DNA of 64,000 nucleotides, taken from Macrostomum lignano (Eukaryota). The stretch lies in assembly GCA_002269645.1 (NCBI GenBank), contig NIVC01000251.1, positions 62,001 through 126,000 of the forward strand, given 5' to 3'. Shown here piece by piece: positions 10,430-23,575 of the stretch. The position numbers were made by a program, and so were the translations under genes. Every line of letters begins with the position of its first letter. Position 1 is the stretch's first letter. The notes beneath the pieces are model-generated. The model was not told the DNA's origin and made no database searches. It saw only the letters and a program-made list of their open reading frames with translations.

Positions 10430-10831
10430 CTGTGGATCGCTCTAGACCCTCGTTGATGATGAATTTACGGCACTTGCTGACAACGCCAGAGCACACGGTG
10501 TTGTGAATTTCGGGTGACTTGACCAGAGGCTTCAGTTCTTGCCACCTTACTCGCCTTTCTTGAACGCCACTGAAATGGCGATTTCTTGCATGAAGGAAGG
10601 CGGAAGCAGCGCTTGAATGATCCTCAAGTCGTCTTTAAAGTAAATGATCGTCAGGCGGCAGTAGCGGCAGGTGAGACCCTGCAGAACCAGCGTCTTCGCA
10701 TTTTGGGTCGAGAAGTGGAAGCTGCAATGGCTGCGATCACGGAGGAGAAATGCAGACAATGGTACGAATTCACACTTTGTTGCGGACCGCGGTGTCTGGC
10801 CCACGCAGACATTTTTTATTTATTGGATTGA
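10430..10831 (+). pseudogene. Degenerate C-terminal DDE catalytic fragment of an IS630/Tc1-family transposase
   Basis: In one frame: DNARAH (GAC 10479), an in-frame TGA, then LQFLPPYSPFLNATE; later AITEEKCRQW...PRCLA. These are classic DDE_3 motifs. Confidence 0.8.
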
Positions 10832-10872
10832 CTGTCAGATAATTTGGTCCTATTAAAGTTTTTTTTTGTCTA

Positions 10873-11064
10873 GCCATAGACAAGCACCAGCATCACAAGA
10901 AGCTCAGAATGCCGTACTTTCACCCTGAATATATTGCGAGCATGTGCTTGGACATAAATAGAATACTTTATAAATAAAGGTTTGCAGCTTCTGCAGCGGC
11001 TATTTGTCTATGTGTGAAAGTACGGCATTCTGAGCTTCTTGTGATGCTGGTGCTTGTCTATGGC
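10873..11064. mobile_element. MITE, about 190 bp, about 51-bp perfect TIRs (GCCATAGACAAGCACC...), TA on both sides
   Basis: 10870-10923 is the reverse complement of 11014-11067; TA|GCCATAGAC...GTCTATGGC|TA. Confidence 0.85.
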
Positions 11065-11611
11065 TAGGACCAAAGAAATCGAGCTTCTGGCGATCCAGTT
11101 ATATTATTCATCCATGGATTTTGCTTGTCTGTTTTCCTGTTCTGTTTGTTCTGTTACTGTTGTGCTTTCCCTGTTATTAATATACGCATGTTGAACTGAC
11201 GAATTTCACTTACTCTGTCGAATTCGAACTCACAATTTGCTATGGCTGACGAATTTGAACTCACTTTTGACGAATTCGAAATTGAAAAGGTATAGTATTT
11301 TTATTACCAGATTGAATTCCAAAGACTTTTGGACAGAATCATCAAAGAATTAATTAATTACTTAGATTAGCAAGTGAAGCTTGTCAAAAATTGTGAGCTG
11401 TAATTGTTAGTTTACGTCTACTAGCCATGATGCTTGTTTCAAAAATACAAGCAAATACAAGACTGGCTAAAAGCTGTCGGATGGTCGGTACAAATAGCTG
11501 TCCTTGACTAAAGTCCTTGATCGTCGATAATATTTTTGTAGCCTACAAGTATAAAAGCTAACCAAGTTCTACAGTGCCATTTCCTGTCGAGCGACGCCAA
11601 ACACAAATTCA

Positions 11612-12168
11612 CTAGGACAGTCTGGGCTATAGACTATCAACCCCGTTTGATTAAGTCAGTACCAGTTGGGCTGTCTGGGCCATAGACTATCAACCCCGTT
11701 TGATTAAGTCAGTACCAGTTGGGCTGTCTAGGCCATAGACTATCAACCCCGTTTGATTAAGTCAGTATCAGTTGACCAGTTGGGCTGTCTGGGCCATAGA
11801 CTATCCTCCCTGTTTGATTAAGTCAGTACCAATTGGGCTGTCTAGGCCATAGACTATCAACCCCGTTTGATTAAGTCAGTACCAATTGGGCTGTCTAGGC
11901 CATAGACTATCAACCCCGTTTGATTAAGTCAGTACCAATTGGGCTGTCTAGGCCATAGACTATCAACCCCGTTTGATTAAGTCAGTACCAATTGGGCTGT
12001 CTAGGCCATAGACTATCAACCCCGTTTGATTAAGTCAGTACCAATTGGGCTGTCTAGGTCATAGACTATCAACCCCGTTTGATTAAGTCAGTATCAGTTG
12101 ACCAGTTGGGCTGTCTGGGCCATAGACTATCCTCCCCGTTTGATTAAGTCAGTAGGACTGTCTGGGCC
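11612..12168. repeat. 53-bp tandem repeat, about 10 copies
   Basis: Unit GGGCTGTCTAGGCCATAGACTATCAACCCCGTTTGATTAAGTCAGTACCAATT. Confidence 0.95.
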
Positions 12169-12787
12169 ATAATTTATTATTGGTAATTGATAGATGAAGC
12201 AAGTAGCAAGTAAAATTATATTTTGGAAGATTTTCGTACTAAGTTGACCCCGGATTGTTACCGATTTCTTTTCGGAATAATGAGAATAGAGCTGATCGGA
12301 TTATGGAGGCAGGCAAAATTCTGTCCTGAAAGCCTTCTTATTAAGGAGCACTAATAACTGCCAATATGATTGGAAACGATAGATTAGCAGGCATATAGAA
12401 AATGTATAAGCTAATTGATGTCTCTTTAATGAAGAGTCTTTTTGTCACAGATTCTCTCGTCTAATCAAGTAAAAAAGACTAGATTGCATTTACTTTAGAA
12501 TTTTGCTCGGGTAAGCACCAAGCTTTGAGTTAGATCTTTTGTTTCTGTGGCGTTTTTGTGCGCTAATTGCTAATTTTTTGCTTAATAGCGATTCTCTTTT
12601 GAGCTGAGTTCATCAAGCGCATTAATACAGTCAGGTGGGCGTGCAACAGAAAACTGTGTGCTTTCTTTGTAGTTTAATCCTAATTATTTTAGCTAAATTG
12701 TCTATTGTCTTCTTTTAACTGTTTGCTTTTTCAAAATCCAAATTGAAATGTCTTTGGGCGTGTAAAAATTGCTGCGATCGTGTTGCG

Positions 12788-13875
12788 TGTTGCTAGGTTG
12801 CTGTTAGTTACCGTTGCTAGGGTGCTGTTAGTTACCGTTGCTAGGGTGCTGTTAGTTACCGTTGCTAGGGTGCTGTTAGTTACCGACCGTTGCTAGGGTG
12901 CTGTTAGTTACCGTTGCTAGGGTGCTGTTAGTTACCGTTGCTAGGGTGCTGTTAGTTACCGTTGCTAGGGTGCTGTTAGTTACCGTTGCTAGGGTGCTGT
13001 TAGTTACCGTTGCTAGGGTGCTGTTAGTTACCGTTGCTAGGGTGCTGTTAGTTACCGTTGCTATGTTGCTGTTAGTTACCGACCGTTGCTAGGGTGCTGT
13101 TAGTTACCGTTGCTAGGGTGCTGTTAGTTACCGTTTCTAGGGTGCTGTTAGTTACCGTTGCTAGGGTGCTGTTAGTTACCGTTGCTAGGGTGCTGTTAGT
13201 TACCGACCGTTGCTAGGGTGCTGTTAGTTACCGTTGCTAGGGTGCTGTTAGTTACCGTTGCTAGGGTGCTGTTAGTTACCGTTGCTAGGGTGCTGTTAGT
13301 TACCGTTGCTAGGGTGCTGTTAGTTACCGTTGCTAGGGTGCTGTTAGTTACCGTTGCTAGGGTGCTGTTAGTTACCGTTTCTAGGGTGCTGTTAGTTACC
13401 GTTGCTAGGGTGCTGTTAGTTACCGTTGCTAGGGTGCTGTTAGTTACCGTTGCTAGGGTGCTGTTAGTTACCGTTGCTATGTTGCTGTTAGTTACCGACC
13501 GTTGCTAGGGTGCTGTTAGTTACCGTTGCTAGGGTGCTGTTAGTTACCGTTGCTAGGGTGCTGTTAGTTACCGTTGCTATGTTGCTGTTAGTTACCGTTT
13601 CTATGGTGCTGTTACTGTTTCTTAGTGTGTTGTTAGTTACCGTTGCTGGGGCGCTGTTAATTATCGTTGCTAAGTGAGTTAGCTATTATTTACGGTTGCT
13701 AAGGGAGCTGTTATTTTCCATTGCTAAGGGAGCTGTTATTTACCGTTGCTAAGATAGCTGTTAATTACTGTTGCTATTTATAAGTTGCTGTTAGTTACCA
13801 TTGCTAGGGAGCTGTTAGTTACCGCTGTTAGGTTATTGTTTACCGGATATCATTGCTGTGGTAACTCACCCGTTG
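12788..13875. repeat. 24-bp minisatellite (GTTGCTAGGGTGCTGTTAGTTACC), decaying at 3' end
   Basis: Direct reading; gives the LLVTVARV repeat ORFs. Confidence 0.95.
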
Positions 13876-14429
13876 CTAGAGTATGCTAGCCCTAAAGTGC
13901 TATGTACAGAGCTGTTATGTACTCTTATCTAGCTATTCATGTACTTTCGGCTACGTTATAGTTGATAATCATAAATCACTTTAAAACGCTTCTATACCAT
14001 TTGATTTGTCAGCAAATTTTTCTGAAAAAATGTTTTCAGTAATTTTCCCAGTTATTTAACTGCAGGTTTTTACCTACTTTTTCTACCTTTAACTTCGGTT
14101 AACTTGCAGGCAGTTAAGAGTTTCAGTCTCATGCACAGATTTGATCATACGTCAAAGGCGAAAGTCTACGCTTAAAAAGGGTGACATAGTCGAGGCCTTA
14201 TCTCTGCAATTAGGGTGCAAAGTTCAATCTTCAATCTGCAGTTCTATACGCAGGTACATTGTTAATAATAATTTAGAAATCCAACTTGACAATTCTTCAG
14301 TTGGCCACCAGCTGTCCACAGCGTGTCTTTAGCGGCTGGCTCTCGTGCCATCTGCCTTGGCCAGTTAGTAACAATACAAAACTTTATTTTTGTTCGGCTA
14401 AAGAGTTCGCATTCCGGTTTAAAGAGAAA

Positions 14430-17400
14430 ATGTCTAATAGCAGGCAAGATCAACTGCAGCAGGACTACCCATCAGCTGTCAGAGCTCTTAACAAGCTGCA
14501 GTCAAACGCCGCAAATTTAGAGCAGGTGCTGCGCGAGAAGGATTCCAGGTGTGGCGATAAAATACCAGAAATGATGCGATGGGCTGCTAAGCTGGGTGAG
14601 ATCTGCTGTTCCTTTGTTCCTTCTGTTGTTGCTGACACGCCTTGGTGCTGGCGCCCTTGGTGCTGGCGCCCCTTGGTGCTGGCGCCCTATCGTGCTGGCG
14701 CCCTTGGTGCTGGCGCCCCTTGGCGCTGGCGCCCCTTGGTGCTGGCGCCCCTTGGTGCTGGCACCCCTTGGTGCTGGCGCCCCTTGGTGCTGGCGCCCCT
14801 TGGTGCTGGCGCCCCTTGGTGCTGGCGCCCCTTGGTGCTGGCGCCTTTTGGTGCTTGAACGTGTCAAAGTTTTTGTCAGCTGCTGCTAAAATAACCTATT
14901 ATAAGATGACGAGCCATTTATTACTGTAAAAGCAGGGATATTTACTCCAGCCGTTTACCCTAAACGCGCTCTATTTAGATGTAACGCCTGCCGACTACAA
15001 CTCACTTCGTGTGATCCACGTGACCGGCACCAAGGGTAAAGGCGGAACTTCGGCCTACGCCGAATCTATTCTACGTTGCCATGGTTACCGTACAGGTTTC
15101 TTCTCGTCGCCGCATTTGGTAGAAGTTCGCGAACGAATTCGAATCAACGGCCGGCCTCTGTCGCGTGAACAGTTTGCTAAGCAGTTTTGGCGCGTGCACG
15201 GCAGGCTGATCGGCACGTGCTCTGCGGGTGAGCCCGAGCCGGCCTATTTTCCTTTCCTAACGCTGATGGCTGTGTGGACTTTTCTGGCTGAAAAGGTGGA
15301 CGTTGCTATTGTTGAGGTAAGCGCTAGTAGTGTGCATCAACTGGTGGTTAGGTATAATATCCCCTTTCTAAGATGTAAGCAACCGTTGCTAGGGTATAAA
15401 ATCCCATTGCTAGGGTGAATATCCCATTTCTGGAACCGTTGCTAAGGTAAATACCCCATTTTTAAGCCATAAGGAACCGTTGCTAAGGTAAATACTCCAT
15501 TTTTAAGCCATAATGAACCGTTGCTAGGGCATAATATCCCATTTCTAAGGGATAAGAAACCGTTGCTAGGGTATAATATCCCATTTCTAAGGGATAAGAA
15601 ACCGTTGCTAGGGTATAATATCCCATTTCTAAGGCATACGGAACCGTTGCTAGGGTATAATATCCCATTTCTAAGGCATAAGAAACCGTTGCTAGGGTAT
15701 AATATCCCATTTCTAAGGCATACGGAACCGTTGCTAGGGTATAATATCCCATTTCTAAGGCATAAGAAACCGTTGCTAGGGTATATAAGGAACCATTGCT
15801 TAGGTATAATATCTTGTTGCTAAGGTATATAATCAGCCGTTGCTACGTGTAATCTTACGTTACAACAGCGAGTTACAATTTTGATTAGAGTACGATATGC
15901 CCTGCTACTAGAGTATAAATATCGGTTGCTAGGGTATTAGCAAGTGTCTGTTGCTAAGGTATGAAATGGTTTATTTCGTTAACAGTTTAATATTGAACTA
16001 GACCAGGCTATTTGTACTACTCGTATTAACAGCAATAATAAAAATTCCGTTTTTTCAAAGAGCCTAGTGACACTTTCAATGCACAGCAGAAATTTAAATT
16101 TATAAATAATCAATAAAAGGACACTTGAAGGTCAATGTTTTCACACTGTCTGCACCTGTGCATTAAGAGAAGAGATTCGATATTGCACTGTACGAGCGTA
16201 ATTATATTCAACATCGACAATTTCCATGCTAGACATTTAAGTGCTTTCTGGGAAACCTGACAAAAATGCCTTCAAAAAATCAATTCCAGTGCAGTATAAC
16301 AAAACTGTATAGCTCCCGCTAGAGCCGAAATTGAAGTGCATTCAAATGCGACTCAGGTTGATTCCTTTATCAATACCAATATTTTATCGTTGATTATTAG
16401 TGGGGACGTTGCTCATCCTGCCTTTGAACTTGACAGATAGAAAGCATCTGGCTCTAATGGCTCAGATGCTAATTGTCACTCTGAACCTCGCCCATTTTCA
16501 CTCTCAATCTCACCAATTGTCACTCTCAACCTCGGCAATTGTCACTCTTAACCTCGCCAATTGTCACTCTCAATCTCACCAATTGTCACTCTCAACCTCG
16601 CCAATTGTCACTCTTAACCTCGCCAATTGTCACTCTCAATCTCACCAATTGTCACTCTCAACCTCGGCAATTGTCACTCTTAACCTCGCCAATTGTCACT
16701 CTTAACCTCACCTATTGTCACTCTCAAACTTTCTGAATTTCACTCTCAACCCCAAAAAATATCACTCTCAACCTCGCCAATTGTCACTCTCAACCTCGCC
16801 AATTGTCACTATCAACCTCGTCCATTTTCACTCTCAACCTCGCCAATTGTCACTCTCAACCTCGCCAATCGTCACTCTCAACCTCGCCATTTTCACTCTC
16901 AACCTCGCCAATTGTCACTCTCAACCTCGCCCATTTTCACTCTCAACCTCGCCAATTGTCACTTTCAACCTCGCCAATTGTCACTGTCAAACTTTCTGAA
17001 TTTCACTCTCAACCCCAAAAAATATCACTCTCAACCTCGCCAATTGTCACTATCAACCTCGTCCATTTTCACTCTCAACCTCGCCAATTGTCACTCTCAA
17101 CCTCGCCAATTGTCACTATCAACCTCGTCCATTTTCACTCTCAACCTCGCCAATTGTCACTCTCAACCTCGCCAATCGTCACTCAACCTCGCCAATTGTC
17201 ACTCTCAACCTCGCCAATTGTCACTCTCAACGTAGCCAATTGTCACTCTCAACCTCGCCCATTTTCACTCTCAACCTCGCCAATTGTCACTATCAACCTC
17301 GTCCATTTTCACTCTCAATTTCGCCAATTGTCACTCTCAACCTCGCCAATCGTCACTCTCAACCTCGCAATTGTCACTCTCAAACTTTCTGAATTTCACT

Positions 17401-20400
17401 CTCAACCCCAAAAAATATCACTCTCAACCTCGCCAATTGTCACTCTCAACCTCGCAATTGTCACTCTCAAACTTTCTGAATTTCACTCTCAACCCCAAAA
17501 AATATCACTCTCAACCTCGCCAATTGTCACTCTTAACGTAGCCAATTGTCACTCTCAACCTCGCCCATTTTCACTCTTAATTTCGCCAATTGTCACTTTC
17601 AACCTCGCCAATTGTCACTGTCAAACTTTCTGAATTTCACTCTCAACCCCAAAAAATATCACTCTCAACCTCGCCAATTGTCACTCTCAACCTCGCCAAT
17701 TGTCACTATCAACCTCGTCCATTTTCACTCTCAACCTCGCCAATTGTCACTTTCAACCTCGCCAATTGTCACTGTCAAACTTTCTGAATTTCACTCTCAA
17801 CCCCAAAAAATATCACTCTTAACCTCGCCAATTGTCACTCTCAACCTCGCCAATTGTCACTATCAACCTCGTCCATTTTCACTCTCAACCTCGCCAATTG
17901 TCACTCTCAACCTCGCCAATCGTCACTCTCAACCTCGCCCATTTTCACTCTCAATTTCGCCAATTGTCACTTTTAACCTCGCAAATTGTCACTGTCAAAC
18001 TTTCTGAATTTCACTCTCAACCCCAAAAAATATCACTCTCAACCTCGCCAATTGTCACTTTCAACCTCGCCAATTGTCACTGTCAAACTTTCTGAATTTC
18101 ACTCTCAACCCCAAAAAATATCACTCTCAACCTCGCCAATTGTCACTATCAACCTCGTCCATTTTCACTCTCAACCTCGCCAATTGTCACTCTCAACCTC
18201 GCCAATTGTCACTATCAACCTCGTCCATTTTCACTCTCAACCTCGCCAATTGTCACTCTCAACCTCGCCAATCGTCACTCAACGTAGCCAATTGTCACTC
18301 TCAACCTCGCCAATTGTCACTCTCAACGTAGCCAATTGTCACTCTCAACCTCGCCCATTTTCACTCTCAACCTCGCCAATTGTCACTATCAACCTCGTCC
18401 ATTTTCACTCTCAATTTCGCCAATTGTCACTCTCAACCTCGCCAATCGTCACTCTCAACCTCGCCAATTGTCACTCTCAACCTCACCAATCGTCACTCTC
18501 AACCTCGCCAATTGTCACTCTCAACCTCGCCAATTGTCACTCTCAACCTCGCCAATTGTCACTCTCAACCTCGCCAATTGTCACTCTCAACGTAGCCAAT
18601 TGTCACTTTCAACCTCGCCAATTGTCACTGTCAAACTTTCTGAATTTCACTCTCAACCCCAAAAAATATCACTCTCAACCTCGCCAATTGTCACTATCAA
18701 CCTCGTCCATTTTCACTCTCAACCTCACCAATTGTCACTCTCAACGTAGCCAATTGTCACTCTCAACCTCGCCCATTTTCACTCTCAATTTCGCCAATTG
18801 TCACTTTCAACCTCGCCAATTGTCACTGTCAAACTTTCTGAATTTCACTCTCAACCGCAAAAAATATCACTCTCAACCTCGCCAATTGTCACTTTCAACC
18901 TCGCCAATTGTCACTTTCAACCTCGCCAATTGTCACTGTCAAACTTTCTGAAGTTCACTCTCAACCCCAAAAATTATCACTCTCAACCTCGCCAATTGTC
19001 ACTCTCAAACTCGCCAATTGTCACTATCAACCTCGTCCATTTTCACTCTCAACCTCGCCAATTGTCACTCTCAACTTCGCCAATCGTCACTCTCAACCTC
19101 GCCAATTGTCACTCTCAACCTCGCCAATTGTCACTCTCAACCTCGCCAATTGTCACTCTCAACCTCGCCCATTTTCACTCTCAACCTCGCCAATTGTCAC
19201 TCTCAACCTCGCCAATTGTCACTCTCAACCTCGCCCATTTTCACTCTCAATTTTGCCAATTGTCACTTTCAACCTCGCCAATTGTCACTGTCAAACATTC
19301 TTAATTTCACTCTCAACCCCAAAAAATATCACTCTCAACCTCGCCAATTTTCACTCTCAACCTCGCCAATTGTCACTATCAACCTCGTCCATTTTCACTC
19401 TCAACCTAGCCAATTGTCACTCTCAACCTCGCCAATCGTCACTCTCAACCTCGCCAATTGTCACTCTCAACCTCGCCAATTGTCACTCTTCACCTCGCCA
19501 ATTGTCACTATCAACCTCGCCAATTGTCACTATCAACCTCGTCCATTTTCACTCTCAACCTCGCCAATTGTCACTCTCCACCTCACCAATTGTCACTCTC
19601 AACCTCAGCAATTGTCACTCTCAACCTCGCCAATTGTCACTCTCCACCTCGCCAATTGTCACTATCAACCTCGCCAATTGTCACTCTCAACCTTACCAAT
19701 CGTCACTCTCAACCTCGCCAATTGTCACTCTCAACCTCGCCAATTGTCACTCTCAACCTCGCCAATTGTCACTCTCAACCTCGCCAATTGTCACTCTCAA
19801 CCTCGCCAATTGTCACTCTCCACCTCGCCCATTTTCACTCTCAATTTCGCCAATTGTCACTTTCAACCTCGCCAATTGTCACTGTCAAACTTTCTGAATT
19901 TCACTCTCAACCCCAAAAAATATCACTCTCAACCTCGCCAATTGTCACTCTCAGCCTCGCCAATTGTCACTATCAACCTCGTCAATTGTCACTCTTAACT
20001 TCCCATTTTTCATTCTCAGTGTCCCCATTGTCACTCCCGTCACTCCAGGTGGGCATCGGCGGTCGTTACGACAGCACAAACTTTGTCTCGTCTCCCTGGG
20101 TGTGCGCCTTCTCCCCTCTCGGCCTCGATCACACCGCCCTCCTTGGCAATAGCATCGCCGAAATTGCCTGGCAAAAAGCTGGAATCATGAAGCCCGGATG
20201 TCCCTCAGTGACTGTCTATGGCCAGCCAGAAGAGGGCCTGGCTGTGCTTCAATCCCAGTCTGCCGATCTGGGTTGTCCGCTGTTGATCGCTCCAGAGCTG
20301 AATGAACTGCCCGAGTCGCTAGCGGGCAGGTTGGCTCCATCGCAGAAGGCCAATGCCGCTCTGGCCGTGGCCGTCTGCCGAGTGTGGCTGCGCAGAGCTC

Positions 20401-20631
20401 GGACTGATGAGGCCTTGCTGGAGGCTGGGCGAGGCCTGGTTGTGGTGAGTGTTCTGGCTGCGACAGTACGGCACTGAGACAGGCAGACTGACAGACAGTA
20501 GTACAGACACTTAGACACTAGGGCAGACACTGAGACAGACATTAAGACTGAGAAAGACACTGATACAGACACCAAGAGAGACTTACACTGGGACAGACAG
20601 ACACTAAGACAGACAGACAGACAGACAGACT

Positions 20632-20686
<55 letters not shown>

Positions 20687-20691
20687 TGACT

Positions 20692-20763
<72 letters not shown>

Positions 20764-20794
20764 CTAAGACAGACAGGCAGGCAGACAAACAGGC

Positions 20795-20839
<45 letters not shown>

Positions 20840-22503
20840 GGCAGGCAGGCAGACACTAAGACAGACAGACAGACAGGCAGACACTAAGACAGACAGACAG
20901 ACAGACAGACAGGCAGGCAGACAGACAGGCAGACACTAAGACAGACAATAGGACAGACACTGAGATAGACACTAATGCAGACATAATACAGACACTTTAA
21001 TACAGACTCTAAGACAGACACTGAGACAGGCATTAGGAGACACTAGGACATCGCTAAAACAAATCAACAGTCACACAGGGCTCATGCATGCAATTATAAT
21101 ATTTTGCTTGCAGCATATTTGAAACTGTCAATGTCACTTTTCGTGCCCCTATCTGCAGAGACATAAATTTACATGTAGTAGTTCGACATTTGACGCGTTC
21201 GCGGTGTTCTTGTGTGTCATTTTTCTTCTTTTTTTAGAAAACCACATGAAAATTGACGGTTACTTTCATTGAATCTCTAGCTGACGCTGTCTACTCTTTA
21301 TCAATTTGAGTTACAAGGACTGGCATTTAGCTAAAAAGTACCATTCGTTCTTGTCTCTGTCTGTTACACTATTCATTTTTAATCAGGGCCTTATATGTAT
21401 GCTACTCGTATGTTACACTATGATCCCTGTGATCCTTCTGAGTTGGTAGTTAGTGACACTGCATGTTCTTCATACTATTTATCTCGTATAATTGGTATTA
21501 GCCTTCTTCATGACCGTCTGAATGGGTCATAAACCTTCTATGATCTTCATGACCCTTTTGTATTAGTCATAAACCTTCTATAGTCTTTATGACTTGTTTG
21601 AATTGGTCATAAAGCTACTATGATCTTTATGACCCGTCGGAATGGATCATAAACCTTCAATGATCTTCGTGGCCCGTCTGAATTGGTCATAAACCTTCTA
21701 TGATCTTTACGACTTGTCTGAATTGGTCATAAATTTTTATGATTATCCTGACTCCACTAAATCGATCATAAACTTTTCAACCTCGTATTTGACAGCCTAA
21801 TTGAATATTGTCATCACGAACTGCATAATCGTTGATGTTGCAAACTCTGTACAAACCTGTGCATTTCCCGCAGAAAAATCCAACCGAAGATTCAAACGAC
21901 CCCCTAGATTTGGAGGCCTGCAACCGTGGCTTGTCCCTTGCCAGCTGGCCCGGTCGCTATGACGTCATGCCCTACCGCCCAGGTGTCACCCTGTACATTG
22001 ACGGCGCTCACACAGTTGAAAGCGTATCCCAGGCCGCCAGCTGGTTTGCTAATCTGCAACAGGGTCGAATTGGCGCTAAGAAAAAATTGCTATTCAATAG
22101 AACCGGCGACAGAAGGCCTAAGGATCTGCTGGCTCAGTTGGTTAAATTAGGATTTGTTCAGGCTGCATTTTGTCCCAATGTTGTGGACTCAAGGAGCTCA
22201 GGCAGCAGCCGTAGTGCCGATCTATTCAGCGCGTTGGCTTCCGGTGACTCTAGCGGTATCCGACTCAAAGTTGAAGAGAATAAAACCGCTTATGAGCAGC
22301 TTGATAGCCAATGCGATTGTCGAATGTTCGATTCCGTAGCTGAAGCCCTCGAATGGTTGGTTACTGACGGAAATGGCTCGGACGAGATGCAATGCGATGT
22401 ACTTGTCACCGGCAGTTTGCACTTGGTTGGCTGTCTGTACGCAATGCTAGCGCCCCAGGTGGCCGACGGGGAGACAACTGGGGAGGCTAGAGCTATTAGC
22501 TAG
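14430..22503 (+). CDS. FPGS: Folylpolyglutamate synthase; exons 14430-14595, 14979-15316, 20049-20444, 21874-22503 (509 aa)
   Basis: Motifs [81 protein letters not shown]. All introns GT-AG with matching phases (1,0,0); total 1530 nt. Confidence 0.96.
14636..14857. repeat. 16-bp minisatellite (GGCGCCCCTTGGTGCT) in FPGS intron 1
   Basis: Direct reading; a related 15/16-bp array recurs at 32232-32335. Confidence 0.93.
15375..15830. repeat. 42-bp minisatellite (core AACCGTTGCTAGGGTATAATATCCCATTTCTAAGG) in FPGS intron 2
   Basis: Direct reading, about 10 copies. Confidence 0.92.
16470..20040. repeat. 22-bp satellite (CAATTGTCACTCTCAACCTCGC) with recurrent variant cassettes, about 3.5 kb, FPGS intron 2
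   Basis: Direct reading; runs to within a few bases of the acceptor at 20048. Confidence 0.97.
20470..21050. repeat. (AGAC)n microsatellite with degenerate flanks, FPGS intron 3
   Basis: Direct reading. Confidence 0.95.
21500..21780. repeat. Degenerate about 40-bp repeat (GAATTGGTCATAAACCTTCTATGATCTTTATGAC...)
   Basis: About 6 diverged copies. Confidence 0.8.
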
Positions 22504-22599
22504 CTCTTAGTAGTCTGCCCGAGTTGTCAGCCGAACAGCGTAATTAACTATTAGCCTGACGAAAATGGCCCTTTGTTACACTCTTACCTTTGATTCCTT

Positions 22600-22760
22600 C
22601 CTCAGAATGTACATTCAACCCCCTTTTAACTCCTGCCCCCCCAAATGTGCATTCAACCCCCTTTCAATTCCTACCCCCGAATGTACATTCAACCCCCTTT
22701 CAACTCCTACCCCCGAATGTACATTCAACCCCCTTTTAACTCCTGCCCCCGAATGTACAC
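22600..22760. repeat. 36-bp tandem repeat in FPGS 3' region
   Basis: Unit ATGTACATTCAACCCCTTTTCAACTCCTACCCCCGA, about 4 copies. Confidence 0.88.
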
Positions 22761-23219
22761 TCAGCGTCCATCGATCCTAAATATTGGTTTCAACTTGACG
22801 ATATTGAAAATATTGTGCTTTGTGAAAAGTTTGTTGTTCATCGATTTTTTTGCTTCCTTTGTTTTTTGTTTTTCTGATTTAACTTGATTATTTTATTCAG
22901 CAAATCCTTGATATTTTGATACAAGCGTAAAATGTTTGAAAGAAGGTTATGTTTCGTACAACTATATTTAGATATGGCATTTACTCGCTAAAAACAAAAT
23001 CATGAAAATTTATATTGTTACATTTTGCAACCAATTATAGTTGCTAGCTTTTTGCCAACAATTATTTTTCCTAATATTTTACCTGGATATATCTACTCAA
23101 AATACTGTAGTGTGTTGAAATCATTTCCGTGGATTGTAACTGGTACGCAAGGCAGGAAAGTTTATTGTAGCTTTATGAGCTTTCATCATGATGCTTAAAA
23201 TATCTAGATACTTGCTATT

Positions 23220-23575
23220 TAATGTACACTCGCTCCAGACCACAAACCCACCACCCCAGTGTACACTCGCTCCAGAGCACAACCCCACCACCCCAGTGTA
23301 CACTCGCTCCAGACCACAACCCCACCACCCCAATGTACACTCGCTCCAGAGCACAACCCCACCACCCCAGTGTACACTCGCTCCAGACCACAACCCCACC
23401 ACCCCAATGTACACTCGCTCCAGACCGCAACCCCACCACCCCAATGTACACTCGCTCCAGACCGCAACCCCACCACCCCAGTGTACACTCGCTACAGAGC
23501 ACAACCCCACCACCCCAGTGTACACTCGCTTCAGACCACCACTCTACCACCCCAGTGTACGCTTGGCACACCCAG
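23220..23575. repeat. 37-bp minisatellite (GTGTACACTCGCTCCAGACCACAACCCCACCACCCCA)
   Basis: About 9 copies. Confidence 0.95.

Noticed and set aside
16400-20048. Many overlapping SLSTSPIVT-type ORFs
   Set aside because: Artefacts of the 22-bp satellite; only 20049-20444 is FPGS exon.
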